Notes under the pieces: generated by a model
The model's input: the letters and a program-made list of their open reading frames with translations, nothing else
What the model was told of the DNA's origin: nothing
Databases searched by the model: none
Source: a virus
Taxonomy: Duplodnaviria > Heunggongvirae > Uroviricota > Caudoviricetes
Virus record (IMG/VR): IMGVR_UViG_2693429676_000005
Strand: one strand, 5' to 3'
DNA length: 18,864 nucleotides
Part shown: positions 8,007-17,595 of the stretch, piece after piece
How the letters are laid out: every line of letters starts with the position of its first letter
Position numbering within the stretch: position 1 is the stretch's first letter
Made by a program: the position numbers and the translations under genes

Positions 8007-10635
8007 ATGGGAAAAGGTGGCGGTAAGGCACACACGCCTCGTGAGGCGAAGGATAATCTCAAATCCACGCAGATGATGAGCGTGATTGATGCGATTGGTG
8101 AGGGACTGATAGAAGGTCCGGTGAAGGGACTGCAGAGTATCCTGGTGAACAAAACCCCGCTGACGGACACGGACGGTAATCCCGTGATACACGGTGTGAC
8201 GGCGGTCTGACGCGCCGGGGAGCAGGAGCAGACACCACCGGAAGGCTTTGAGTCCTCCGGTGCTGAAACCGGACTGGGCGTGGAAGTGACGAAGGCAAAA
8301 CCGGTGACGCGCACCATTACGTCCGCGAACATTGACCGCCTGCGGGTTACCTTCGGGGTGCAGTCACTGGTGCAGACCACGTCAAAGGGTGACCGAAACC
8401 CGACATCCGTCCGCCTGCTGATTCAGTTACAGCGTAACGGTAACTGGGTGACAGAAAAGGATGTCACCATTAACGGCAAGACCACCTCGCAGTTTCTGGC
8501 GTCGGTGATTCTGGATAATCTGCCTCCCCGTCCTTTTAACATCCGGATGGTCCGGGAGACAGCGGACAGCACCACGGACCAGCTGCAGAATAAGACGCTG
8601 TGGTCGTCATACACCGAAATCATCGATGTGAAACAGTGCTACCCGAACACGGCCATTGTGGGGCTGCAGGTGGATGCGGAGCAGTTCGGCGGCCAGCAGA
8701 TGACGGTGAACTACCATATCCGCGGTCGCATCATCCAGGTGCCGTCAAACTATGACCCGGAAAAACGCACGTACAGTGGTATCTGGGACGGTAGCCTGAA
8801 ACCGGCATACAGCAACAATCCGGCCTGGTGTCTGTGGGACATGCTGACTCACCCGCGCTACGGCATGGGAAAACGTCTGGGGGCGGCGGATGTGGACAAG
8901 TGGGCGCTGTATGCCATCGGGCAGTACTGCGACCAGACGGTCCCGGATAGTTTCGGGGAGACCGAGCCGCGGATGACCTTCAATGCGTACCTGGCACAAC
9001 AGCGTAAGGCATGGGACGTGCTCAGTGATTTCTGCTCGGCGATGCGCTGTATGCCGGTATGGAACGGCCAGACGCTGACGTTTGTTCAGGACCGCCCGTC
9101 GGATGTGGTGTGGCCGTACACCAACAGCGATGTGGTGGTGGATGATAACGGCGTGGGTTTCCGCTACAGCTTCAGTGCCCTGAAGGACCGGCACACGGCG
9201 GTGGAGGTGAATTATACCGACCCGCAGAACGGCTGGCAGACCTCCACGGAACTGGTGGAAGACCCGGAAGCCATACTGCGCTACGGACGCAACCTGCTGA
9301 AGATGGACGCGTTCGGCTGTACCAGCCGCGGTCAGGCCCACCGTGCCGGACTGTGGGTGATAAAGACCGAACTGCTGGAAACGCAGACGGTGGATTTCAC
9401 GCTCGGGTCTCAGGGGCTGCGGCACACACCCGGTGACATCATTGAAATCTGTGATAACGACTATGCCGGGACCCTGACCGGCGGACGTGTCCTGTCCATT
9501 GATGCTGCCACCCGCACTCTGACGCTGGACCGTGAAGTGACACTTCCGGAGACCGGTGCCGCCACGGTGAACCTGATTAACGGCAGCGGTAAGCCGGTGA
9601 GTGTGGACATCACCGAACACCCCGCGCCGGACCGGATACAGGTCAGTACCCTGCCTGATGGTGTGGAGACATACGGGGTGTGGGGACTCTCCCTGCCGTC
9701 ACTGCGCCGTCTCCTGTTCCGCTGTGTCTCCGTCCGGGAAAACACGGACGGCACCTTTGCCATCACGGCGGTGCAGCACGTACTGGAAAAAGAAGCCATC
9801 GTGGATAACGGTGCCCGCTTTGAGCCGCAGTCAGGTTCCCTGAACAGCGTCATCCCACCGGCAGTGCAGCACCTGACGGCCAGTATCTGGCGCAGGCGAA
9901 ATGGGACACGCCGCGGGTGGTGAAGGGTGTGCGCTTCAGTCTGCGCCTGACCAGTGGTAAGGGAACGGATGCCAGACTGGTGACCACCGCCATCACCGCA
10001 GACACGGAGCACCGTTTCAGCGGCCTGCCGCTCGGGGAATACACCCTGACGGTGCGGGCGATAAACAGCTATGGCCAGCAGGGTGAACCTGCCACCACCA
10101 CCTTCCGGATTGCCGCACCGGCAGCACCGTCGCGGATTGAGCTGACGCCGGGCTATTTTCAGATAACCGCCACGCCGCATCTTGCGGTTTATGATCCGAC
10201 GGTACAGTTTGAGTTCTGGTTCTCGGAAAAGCGGATTGCGGATATCAGGCAGGTTGAAACCACAGCACGCTATCTTGGCACGGCGCTGTACTGGATAGCC
10301 GCCAGTATCAATATCAAACCGGGCCATGATTATTACTTTTATATCCGCAGTGTGAACACCGTTGGCAAATCGGCATTCGTGGAGGCTGTTGGTCAGCCGA
10401 GTGATGATGCATCCGGTTATCTGGATTTTTTCAAAGGCGAGATAGGGAAAACCCATCTGGCTCAGGAGCTGTGGACGCAGATTGATAACGGTCAGCTTGC
10501 GCCTGACCTGGCTGAAATCAGGACGTCCATTACGGATGTCAGCAATGAAATCACGCAGACCGTCAATAAGAAACTGGAAGACCAGAGTGCGGCAATTCAG
10601 CAGATACAGAAGGTTCAGGTTGATACAAATAATAA
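8007..10635 (+). pseudogene. J: tail tip / host-specificity protein J, 5' and central part, disrupted by in-frame TGA (8208-8210) and a frameshift near 9875
   Basis: MGKGGGKAHTPREAKDNLKSTQ... matches recalled lambda J N-terminus. The same frame resumes after the TGA (RAGEQEQTPPEGFESSG...TRTITSANIDRL) and runs to 9923. Homology then continues in frame 2 from about 9875 ([20 protein letters not shown], cf. lambda GEYQVLARWDTPKVVKGV). Central FN3-like region present ([16 protein letters not shown]). Confidence 0.85.
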
Positions 10636-11078
10636 NCCCGACGGTACAGTTTGAGTTCTGGTTCTCGGAAAAGCGGATTGCGGATATCAGGCAGGTTGAA
10701 ACCAGCGCCCGCTATCTTGGCACGGCGCTGTACTGGATAGCCGCCAGTATCAATATCAAACCGGGCCATGATTATTATTTTTACGTTCGCAGTGTGAACA
10801 CCGTTGGCAAATCGGCATTCGTGGAGGCTGTCGGTCGGGCGAGCGATGATGCGGAAGGTTACTTGGATTTTTTCAAAGGAGAGATAGGGAAAACACATCT
10901 GGCTCAGGAGCTGTGGACGCAGATTGATAACGGTCAGCTTGCGCCTGACCTGGCTGAAATCAGGACGTCCATTACGGATGTCAGCAATGAAATCACGCAG
11001 ACTGTCAATAAGAAACTGAAAGACCAGAGTGCGGCAATCCAGCAGATACAGAAGGTTCAGGTTGATACAAATAATAAT
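10196..11078. repeat. two tandem, about 96%-identical copies (10196-10635 and 10638-11078) of a J internal segment, separated by a single N
   Basis: Both copies start CCGACGGTACAGTTTGAGTTCTGGTTCTCGGAAAAGCGGATTGCGGATATCAGGCAGGTTGAAACC and end GTTGATACAAATAATAA, with scattered substitutions. Probably an assembly join of two alleles. Confidence 0.8.
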
Positions 11079-11900
11079 CTGAACAGCATGTGGGCTGTGA
11101 AGCTGCAACAGATGAAGGACGGACGCCTTTATATTGCGGGTATCGGTGCCGGTATTGAGAATACGCCAGCAGGAATGCAGAGTCAGGTGCTGCTGGCGGC
11201 AGACAGGATTGCGATGATTAATCCTGCGAATGGCAACACAAAGCCGATGTTTGTTGGTCAGGGCGATCAGATATTCATGAACGACGTGTTCCTGAAACGC
11301 CTGACGGCTCCCACCATTACCAGCGGCGGTAATCCTCCGGCATTTTCCCTGACACCGGACGGAAAACTGACCGCTAAAAATGCAGATATCAGTGGCAGTG
11401 TGAATGCGAACGCCGGGACGCTCAACAATGTCACAATTAATGAGAACTGTCAGATTAAGGGGAAACTGTCAGCCAACCAGATTGAAGGCGATATAGTCAA
11501 AACAGTGGGTAAGGCTTTTCCGCGGGACTCCCGGGCACCGGAGCGGTGGCCATCAGGGACCATTACCGTCAGGATTTATGACGATCAGCCTTTTGACAGG
11601 CAAATTGTTATTCCGGCGGTGGCATTCAGCGGCGCTAAACATGAGCGGGAGAATAACGATATTTATTCGTCATGCCGCCTGATAGTACGGAAAAACGGTG
11701 CTGAAATTTATAACCGTACCGCGCTGGATAATACGCTGATTTACAGTGGTGTTATTGATATGCCAGCTGGTCGCGGCCACATGACGCTGGAGTTTTCGGT
11801 GTCAGCATGGCTGGTGAATAACTGGTATCCCACAGCAAGTATCAGCGATTTGCTGGTTGTGGTGATGAAGAAAGCCACCGCAGGCATCAGTATCAGCTGA
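10638..11900 (+). CDS. J: J 3' portion, allele A (receptor-binding C-terminus ending ...[10 protein letters not shown])
   Basis: Frame 0 from 10638 reads [21 protein letters not shown]...[54 protein letters not shown]..., which matches the recalled lambda J C-terminal region. Stop at 11898-11900. Confidence 0.7.
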   Translation, partial: PTVQFEFWFSEKRIADIRQVETSARYLGTALYWIAASINIKPGHDYYFYVRSVNTVGKSAFVEAVGRASDDAEGYLDFFKGEIGKTHLAQELWTQIDNGQLAPDLAEIRTSITDVSNEITQTVNKKLKDQSAAIQQIQKVQVDTNNNLNSMWAVKLQQMKDGRLYIAGIGAGIENTPAGMQSQVLLAADRIAMINPANGNTKPMFVGQGDQIFMNDVFLKRLTAPTITSGGNPPAFSLTPDGKLTAKNADISGSVNANAGTLNNVTINENCQIKGKLSANQIEGDIVKTVGKAFPRDSRAPERWPSGTITVRIYDDQPFDRQIVIPAVAFSGAKHERENNDIYSSCRLIVRKNGAEIYNRTALDNTLIYSGVIDMPAGRGHMTLEFSVSAWLVNNWYPTASISDLLVVVMKKATAGISIS

Positions 11901-11919
11901 ATTTTATAACCCATATACG

Positions 11920-11946
11920 GGCGCCAGAAATGGCGCCTTTTTTATT
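11920..11946 (+). terminator. intrinsic terminator after J allele A
   Basis: GGCGCC / agaaat / GGCGCC followed by TTTTTTTATT. Confidence 0.65.
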
Positions 11947-11967
11947 GCAGAAAAGCGAGAGGTAATT

Positions 11968-12014
11968 ATGCGTAAAGTTTGTGCAGCCATTTTGTCCGCA
12001 GCCATCTGTCTGTC
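11968..12014 (+). other. lom: lom 5' fragment (allele A), cut off by NNNN at 12015-12018
   Basis: ATGCGTAAAGTTTGTGCAGCCATTTTGTCCGCAGCCATCTGTCTGTC encodes MRKVCAAILSAAICL, the same signal-peptide start as the complete lom at 12995, with 3 nucleotide differences. Confidence 0.6.
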
Positions 12015-12018
12015 NNNN
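12015..12018. other. scaffold join (4 N) between lom 5' fragment and J allele B
   Basis: NNNN joins two unrelated sequence contexts (lom start, then J internal sequence). Confidence 0.9.
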
Positions 12019-12924
12019 AAACTGGAAGACCAGAGTGCGGCAATTCAGCAGATACAGAAGGTTCAGGTTGATACAAATAATAACCTGAACAGCATGTGGG
12101 CTGTGAAGCTGCAGCAGATGCAGGACGGACGCCTTTATATCGCGGGTATTGGTGCCGGTATTGAGAACACCCCTGACGGCATGCAGAGTCAGGTGCTGCT
12201 GGCGGCGGACAGGATTGCGATGGTTAATCCTGCGAATGGCAACACAAAACCGATGTTTGTTGGTCAGGGCGATCAGATATTCATGAACGACGTGTTCCTG
12301 AAACGCCTGACGGCCCCCACCATTACCAGCGGTGGAAATCCATCGGCATTTTCCCTGACTCCGGACGGAAAGCTGACCGCTAAAAATGCGGATATCAGTG
12401 GCAGTGTGAATGCGAACGCCGGGACGCTCAACAATGTCACGGTAAATGAAAACTGTACGATTAAGGGCATGCTGGAGGCGACTCAGGTCAGAGGTGACTT
12501 CGTTAAAGCTGTATCCAAATCATTTCCGAAACAGGCTGGTACGTGGGGTAACACGGAAACACCAAACGGGACGGTTACAGTCACCATAAGCGATGATCAT
12601 AACTTTGACCGCCAGATTATTATTCCGCCCATTATTTTTAACGGTATAGCGTATGACGATCCGGGGAGCGGAAATAACCCAGGAGGCACGCGATACACGG
12701 GTTATGGTTTTGAAGTTCGCAAAAACGGCGTATTAATCGCATCCAGAGAAACTAAAGGTGCCATTCCCGGTAGTTACAGTGCAGTTATTGATATGCCTAG
12801 TGGTGGTGGTAGCGTCACTCTGGAGTTTAAGATTTTCCAGAAAGGCAATCAGGGGGCAGGCAATATCACCGACTGTACGGTGATTGTGACCAAAAAAGCG
12901 GCTTCCGGCATCAGTATTCGTTGA
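12019..12924 (+). CDS. J: J 3' portion, allele B (distinct receptor-binding C-terminus ending ...KKAASGISIR); likely the true continuation of J from 10635
   Basis: 12019-12083 is identical to 10571-10635, so the two pieces overlap as unitigs. Downstream reads [24 protein letters not shown]...[53 protein letters not shown]..., then a C-terminal about 140 aa unrelated to allele A. Stop at 12922-12924. Confidence 0.75.
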   Translation, partial: KLEDQSAAIQQIQKVQVDTNNNLNSMWAVKLQQMQDGRLYIAGIGAGIENTPDGMQSQVLLAADRIAMVNPANGNTKPMFVGQGDQIFMNDVFLKRLTAPTITSGGNPSAFSLTPDGKLTAKNADISGSVNANAGTLNNVTVNENCTIKGMLEATQVRGDFVKAVSKSFPKQAGTWGNTETPNGTVTVTISDDHNFDRQIIIPPIIFNGIAYDDPGSGNNPGGTRYTGYGFEVRKNGVLIASRETKGAIPGSYSAVIDMPSGGGSVTLEFKIFQKGNQGAGNITDCTVIVTKKAASGISIR

Positions 12925-12946
12925 AATATTTATAACCCCAATAAAT

Positions 12947-12973
12947 GGCGTCAGGAATGACGCCTTTTTTATT
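12947..12973 (+). terminator. intrinsic terminator after J allele B
   Basis: GGCGTCA / ggaa / TGACGCC followed by TTTTTTATT. Confidence 0.65.
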
Positions 12974-12994
12974 GCAGAAAAGCGAGAGGTAATT

Positions 12995-13594
12995 ATGCGT
13001 AAAGTTTGTGCAGCCATTTTGTCCGCAGCCATTTGCCTGGCCGTATCCGGTGCGCCTGCATGGGCGTCTGAACATCAGTCCACACTGAGCGCGGGGTATC
13101 TTCATGCCCGTACGAACGCTCCCGGCAGCGATAATCTGAACGGGATTAACGTGAAATACCGTTATGAGTTTACGGACGCGCTGGGGCTGATTACGTCCTT
13201 CAGTTATGCCAATGCTGAGGATGAGCAAAAAACGCACTACAGCGATACCCGCTGGCATGAAGATTCCGTGCGTAACCGCTGGTTCAGCGTGATGGCGGGG
13301 CCGTCTGTACGCGTGAATGAATGGTTCAGCGCGTATGCGATGGTGGGTGTGGCTTACAGCCGTGTGTCGACTTTCTCCGGGGATTATCTCCGCGTAACTG
13401 ACAACAAGGGGAAAACGCACGATGTGCTGACCGGAAGTGATGACGGTCGCCACAGCAACACGTCTCTGGCGTGGGGGGCTGGCGTGCAGTTTAACCCGAC
13501 CGAATCCGTGACCATTGACCTTGCTTATGAAGGTTCCGGTAGTGGTGACTGGCGAACGGATGCATTTATTGTTGGTATCGGATACCGTATCTGA
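12995..13594 (+). CDS. lom: outer membrane protein Lom (Ail/Lom/PagC family beta-barrel; prophage moron)
   Basis: 199-aa ORF with signal peptide MRKVCAAILSAAICLAVSGAPAWA. Motifs GINVKYRYEFTD, SVMAGPSVRVNEWFSAYAMVGVAYSR and C-terminal AYEGSGSGDWRTDAFIVGIGYRI match recalled lambda Lom. Position after J as in lambda. Confidence 0.9.
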   Translation: MRKVCAAILSAAICLAVSGAPAWASEHQSTLSAGYLHARTNAPGSDNLNGINVKYRYEFTDALGLITSFSYANAEDEQKTHYSDTRWHEDSVRNRWFSVMAGPSVRVNEWFSAYAMVGVAYSRVSTFSGDYLRVTDNKGKTHDVLTGSDDGRHSNTSLAWGAGVQFNPTESVTIDLAYEGSGSGDWRTDAFIVGIGYRI

Positions 13595-13698
13595 CAACAG
13601 ACGCCGATTTATCTTCTGTAAATATTGTTATGATACGCAGGTTCATCCACCTTATGGGGTGAACTGCGTTTGAGGAAACGTAAAGTTACACTGTCCTG

Positions 13699-13735
13699 AA
13701 GCCCGTGGCGTCACTGCTGCGGGCTTTTTTTATTG
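13699..13735 (+). terminator. putative intrinsic terminator after lom
   Basis: AAGCCCG ... CGGGCTT stem with 14-nt loop, followed by TTTTTTTATT. Confidence 0.45.
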
Positions 13736-13745
13736 GTGGAAAAGT

Positions 13746-16502
13746 ATGACAGTAAAAATTTCTGGCGTGCTTAAAGATGGCACAGGAAAACCAGTACAGA
13801 ACTGCACCATTGTGCTGAAGGCCAGACGAACCAGCAGCACGATGGTGGTGAACACGGTGGCCTCTGAAAATCCGGATGAAGCCGGACGTTACAGCATGGA
13901 TGTTGAGCATGGTCAGTACAGCGTCACCCTGCTGGTTGAAGGTTTTCCGCCTTCACATGCCGGGACCATTACCGTCTATGAAGGTTCCAGACCAGGTACG
14001 CTGAATGATTTTCTCGGTGCCATGACGGAGGATGATGTCCGACCGGAGGCACTGCGCCGCTTTGAGCAGATGGTGGAAGAGGTGTCACGTAACGCCTCCG
14101 CGGTTGCACAGAATACGGCAGCCGCGAAAAAATCAGCCAGCGAGGCGGCAACTCATGCAACCGATGCTGCAGCCTCAGCACGTGCCGCCAGCACGTCAGC
14201 CGGACAGGCCGCGTCGTCGGCTCAGTCAGCGTCTTCCAGCGCAGGAACGGCATCGACAAAGGCCCGTGAAGCAGCAAAAAGTGCTGCTGCAGAGTCATCA
14301 AAAAGCGCGGCAGCTACCAGCGCCAGTGCCGCGAAAACGTCAGAAACGAATGCCGCAGCATCACAAAAATCGGCAGCCACTTCTGCATCCACAGCGACCA
14401 CGAAGGCGTCAGAAGCTGCCACCTCGGCACGGGGTGCGGCGGCCTCAAAAGAGGCAGCGAAATCTTCAGAAACGAATGCATCATCGAGTGCCAGTAGTGC
14501 AGCTTCCTCGGCAACGGCGGCAGGAAATTCCGCGAAGGCGGCAAAAACGTCCGAGACGAACGCTAAGTCTTCTGAAACAGCAGCGGGACAGAGCGCCTCA
14601 GCTGCGGCAGGTTCAAAAACAGCGGCTGCATTATCTGCCAGTGCCGCGTCAACAAGTGCCGGGCAGGCCTCAGCCAGTGCCACCGCCGCCGGAAAATCGG
14701 CAGAAAGCGCCGCATCATCCGCTTCAACAGCCACAACGAAGGCTGGCAAAGCCACTGAGCAAGCCACTGCAGCAGCGAGGTCTGCTTCTGCAGCAAAAAC
14801 CTCTGAAACAAATGCAAAGACTTCAGCAGACAATGCTGCTTCCTCTAAGGCAGCAGCCGCATCGTCAGCCAGTTCAGCGGCGTCATCGGCATCATCTGCG
14901 TCTGCTTCAAAAGATGAGGCGACCAGACAAGCGTCAGCAGCGAAAGGTAGTGCCACGACAGCAACAACGAAAGCATCAGAGGCGGCAGGCAGTGCGACGG
15001 CTGCATCTCAGAGCAAAGTTGCTGCTGAATCCGCGGCAACGCGCGCCGAGACAGCAGCAAAACGGGCAGAGGATATTGCATCCGCCGTGGCGCTTGAGGA
15101 TGCGAGCACGACGAAAAAGGGGATAGTACAGCTCAGCAGTGCGACCAACAGCACTTCCGAGTCACTGGCGGCAACGCCAAAAGCGGTTAAGGCGGTAATG
15201 GGTGAAACGAACAAGAAAGCGCCCTTAAATAGTCCTGCACTGACCGGAACGCCAACAACACCAACTGCGCGACAGGGAACGAATAATACCCAAATCGCAA
15301 GCACGGCTTTCGTTATGGCTGCGATTGCCGCCCTTGTAGATTCGTCACCTGATGCACTGAACACGCTGAACGAGCTGGCTGCGGCGCTGGGCAACGACCC
15401 GAATTTTGCGACCACCATGACTAACGCGCTTGCGGGTAAGCAACCGAAAGATGCCACCCTGACGGCGCTGGCCGGACTTACTACTGCGGCAGGCAAGTTT
15501 CCGTATTTTACGGGGAATGATGTCGCCAGCCTGGCAACCCTGACAAAAGTCGGGCGGGATATTCTTGCGAAATCGACCGTTGCTGCCGTTATCGAATACC
15601 TCGGTTTACAGGAAACGGTAAACAAGGCTGGTAACGCCGTTCAGCGTTCCGGCGATAAAATGACCGGAGAACTGAAAATTGGCACGGTGAATGCGCTGCG
15701 AATTTTCAATGATACCTTCGGTCTAATTTTCCGTCGTTCAGAAGATTTTCTTCATTTCATTCCGACGGCTGAAGGACAAGGCGAAAACGGTAATATCGGC
15801 CCATTAAGGCCATTCGCTATAAATCTGAGAACAGGTGCTATATCTGTCAGCCACGGGGCCAAAATTAAAGGAGGTCTAGCTATTGGAGCTACTGATAACG
15901 CACTGGGTGAAAACTCCATTGTTCTGGGAGATAACGACACCGGATTTAGGCAAGATGGAGATGGTATTATTAGCTTCTATTCAAATGGTTCGCGCATCGG
16001 ACATATTGATGAGTTAGGATTACATCTTTATAAAGATATTGAATCTAATGGCAGCAATTTTAGATTAAAAAGTAATTACCGCCACCACATTACATTCGCC
16101 AACGAAGACGGAAGAATTCGTATGTTTTTGTGGAAAGATAACGGTGGTGATGGTGTTCATATTAATAACGGTTCAGATGGTGGTGGTGATTTCATTTTTA
16201 AAACAGATGGGGGATTTGCGCTGGGAAGTGGTGCGCAAGTTGCGTCTAGTGGCGATATTTATGGTTCAGTGTGGGAAAACAACTGGTTAAGCACATGGCT
16301 GCATAATCATGTCGTTCGGGATATTCGTCTTGGCAGCATTGAATATAAAAACGTATGGCGCGACTACGGCTTTGGCGATGCGTCAGGTTATGTTTTAACA
16401 GCCGCAATTAACAGCAATGCGGATGATATTGTCGACACTGTTGCCAGAAGGCCAATTCAGAAATTGATTGGGGGAATATGGTACAACGTGGGGAGTGTTT
16501 AA
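13746..16502 (+). CDS. stf: side tail fibre protein Stf (constant N-terminal part plus invertible variable C-terminal part)
   Basis: 918-aa ORF. N-terminus [28 protein letters not shown]...[33 protein letters not shown] is near-identical to recalled lambda Stf, followed by a long Ala/Ser/Thr-rich repetitive shaft (KTSETNA repeats). The region after the crossover site at 15589-15614 is the exchangeable tip. Confidence 0.9.
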   Translation: MTVKISGVLKDGTGKPVQNCTIVLKARRTSSTMVVNTVASENPDEAGRYSMDVEHGQYSVTLLVEGFPPSHAGTITVYEGSRPGTLNDFLGAMTEDDVRPEALRRFEQMVEEVSRNASAVAQNTAAAKKSASEAATHATDAAASARAASTSAGQAASSAQSASSSAGTASTKAREAAKSAAAESSKSAAATSASAAKTSETNAAASQKSAATSASTATTKASEAATSARGAAASKEAAKSSETNASSSASSAASSATAAGNSAKAAKTSETNAKSSETAAGQSASAAAGSKTAAALSASAASTSAGQASASATAAGKSAESAASSASTATTKAGKATEQATAAARSASAAKTSETNAKTSADNAASSKAAAASSASSAASSASSASASKDEATRQASAAKGSATTATTKASEAAGSATAASQSKVAAESAATRAETAAKRAEDIASAVALEDASTTKKGIVQLSSATNSTSESLAATPKAVKAVMGETNKKAPLNSPALTGTPTTPTARQGTNNTQIASTAFVMAAIAALVDSSPDALNTLNELAAALGNDPNFATTMTNALAGKQPKDATLTALAGLTTAAGKFPYFTGNDVASLATLTKVGRDILAKSTVAAVIEYLGLQETVNKAGNAVQRSGDKMTGELKIGTVNALRIFNDTFGLIFRRSEDFLHFIPTAEGQGENGNIGPLRPFAINLRTGAISVSHGAKIKGGLAIGATDNALGENSIVLGDNDTGFRQDGDGIISFYSNGSRIGHIDELGLHLYKDIESNGSNFRLKSNYRHHITFANEDGRIRMFLWKDNGGDGVHINNGSDGGGDFIFKTDGGFALGSGAQVASSGDIYGSVWENNWLSTWLHNHVVRDIRLGSIEYKNVWRDYGFGDASGYVLTAAINSNADDIVDTVARRPIQKLIGGIWYNVGSV
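15589..15614. other. left crossover site for invertase (gix/pix/hix-like, 26 bp), inside stf
   Basis: TTATCGAATACC TC GGTTTACAGGAA. The reverse complement of the right site (18505-18530) is TTATCTAAAACC TC GGTTTACGAGAA, giving 21/26 identity in inverted orientation, two 12-bp half-sites around a 2-bp core. Matches the recalled gix pattern. Confidence 0.7.
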
Positions 16503-16503
16503 G

Positions 16504-17031
16504 ATGATGCACCTGAAAAATATTAAGGCCGGGAATCCGAAAACACCGGAACAATACCAGCTAACTAAAAAAGCGGGCGTGGTATGGCTCTTTTGCGAAG
16601 ATGGCAAAAACTGGTATGAGGAACAAAAGAATTTTCAGCCAGACACCATAAAAATTGCTTACGATGAGAACAACATCATCGTTGCTGTCAGTAAAGACGT
16701 TTCAACTATTAATCCTGAAGGGCTAAGCATAGTTGAAGTTCCTGATATTACGGCAAATCGTCACGCAGACAATAACGGAAAATGGATGTTTCTGGATGGT
16801 AAAGTAGTAAAGAGGGAATATACAGAACAGGAACTGCAACAACAGGCCGAATCACAAAAGGCCGCATTGCTTTCCGAAGCTGAATCAGTCATCCAGCCGC
16901 TGGAACGCGCTGTCAGGCTGAATATGGCAACAGACGAGGAACGCACACGACTGGAAGCATGGGAACGCTACAGTGTTCTGGTCAGCCGTGTGGATACGGC
17001 AAATCCTGAATGGCCACAAAAGCCTGAATAA
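16504..17031 (+). CDS. tfa: tail fibre assembly chaperone Tfa (partner of + orientation fibre tip)
   Basis: Starts 1 nt after the stf stop: [41 protein letters not shown]... This is a typical Tfa N-terminus and is paralogous to the inverted copy at 17060-17593. Confidence 0.88.
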   Translation: MMHLKNIKAGNPKTPEQYQLTKKAGVVWLFCEDGKNWYEEQKNFQPDTIKIAYDENNIIVAVSKDVSTINPEGLSIVEVPDITANRHADNNGKWMFLDGKVVKREYTEQELQQQAESQKAALLSEAESVIQPLERAVRLNMATDEERTRLEAWERYSVLVSRVDTANPEWPQKPE

Positions 17032-17036
17032 AAATT

Positions 17037-17056
17037 AAGGCCCGATAGCGGGCCTT
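17037..17056. terminator. hairpin between convergent tfa genes (terminator, U-tract on - strand)
   Basis: AAGGCCCG / atag / CGGGCCTT. On the - strand it is followed by AATTTTTATT. Confidence 0.6.
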
Positions 17057-17059
17057 CTC

Positions 17060-17593
17060 TCATTCTGGTTGTTCGGGAAACGTTACTGGCAGGCTGGAGG
17101 TGTCTGTGGATTCAACCTTCTGCGCATAGAGCATCCACTCGGTTAATTTTTGTTTATTCTCATCGGAAATGATGCCCAGCTGTAGCTGAGAGTCCCACAG
17201 CTGGGTTTTATCCCTGACGAGCTGCAGCAGGCTCTGCTTTTCATTTTCCGCTTGTTGCCTTTGCTCTTCCTCGGTATAAGTTCGCTTTATCACCGCACCA
17301 TCTTTGAACATCCAGTTGCCCGAAATATCAGCCCGGCGATTTGCTGTAATATCAGGCAACTCAACGACACTTAAACCTTCTGGATTAATTGCTGATACAT
17401 CCTTGTCTATAGCAATAATTATTCCCTCAACTGTGTAAGCCAGTTTTATTGTATCCTCCTGAAAGTTTTTTAATTCCTCATGCCAATTTTTTCCATCTTC
17501 GGACCATAACCAGATAACATCAAAATTCTTTGTTAGCTGGTATTGTTCAACGGTTTTTGGATTACCTGCGACAATGTTTTTTAAATGCTGCAT
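17060..17593 (-). CDS. tfa: tail fibre assembly chaperone Tfa' (alternative, inside invertible segment)
   Basis: 177-aa [43 protein letters not shown]..., with a conserved N-terminal about 95 aa shared with the + strand Tfa and a different C-terminus. Confidence 0.88.
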   Translation of the reverse strand: MQHLKNIVAGNPKTVEQYQLTKNFDVIWLWSEDGKNWHEELKNFQEDTIKLAYTVEGIIIAIDKDVSAINPEGLSVVELPDITANRRADISGNWMFKDGAVIKRTYTEEEQRQQAENEKQSLLQLVRDKTQLWDSQLQLGIISDENKQKLTEWMLYAQKVESTDTSSLPVTFPEQPE

Positions 17594-17595
17594 GA

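Noticed and set aside
7685-8026. 113-aa + strand ORF and 94-aa - strand ORF in the I-J gap
   Set aside because: AT-rich, odd composition, no recognisable RBS or similarity, and they run through the hairpins. The region looks non-coding (see small RNA candidate).
8208-8280. Selenocysteine recoding of the J TGA
   Set aside because: No convincing SECIS-like stem-loop at the expected distance downstream; a structural tail protein is not a plausible selenoprotein.
8745-10456. 291-aa and 331-aa ORFs on the - strand
   Set aside because: Antisense to J, whose + strand frame carries clear lambda J homology.
10196-11078. Diversity-generating retroelement (template/variable repeat pair) acting on the fibre or J tip
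   Set aside because: The differences between repeat copies are not adenine-specific, and no reverse transcriptase gene is present in the window.
12911-13597. 228-aa ORF on the - strand
   Set aside because: Antisense to lom, which has a signal peptide and Ail/Lom family motifs on the + strand.
14032-15126. 364-aa + strand ORF rich in Arg/Gln/Pro, plus antisense ORFs 14222-14956 and 15008-15625
   Set aside because: Alternative-frame and antisense readings of the repetitive Ala/Ser/Thr-encoding stf shaft.
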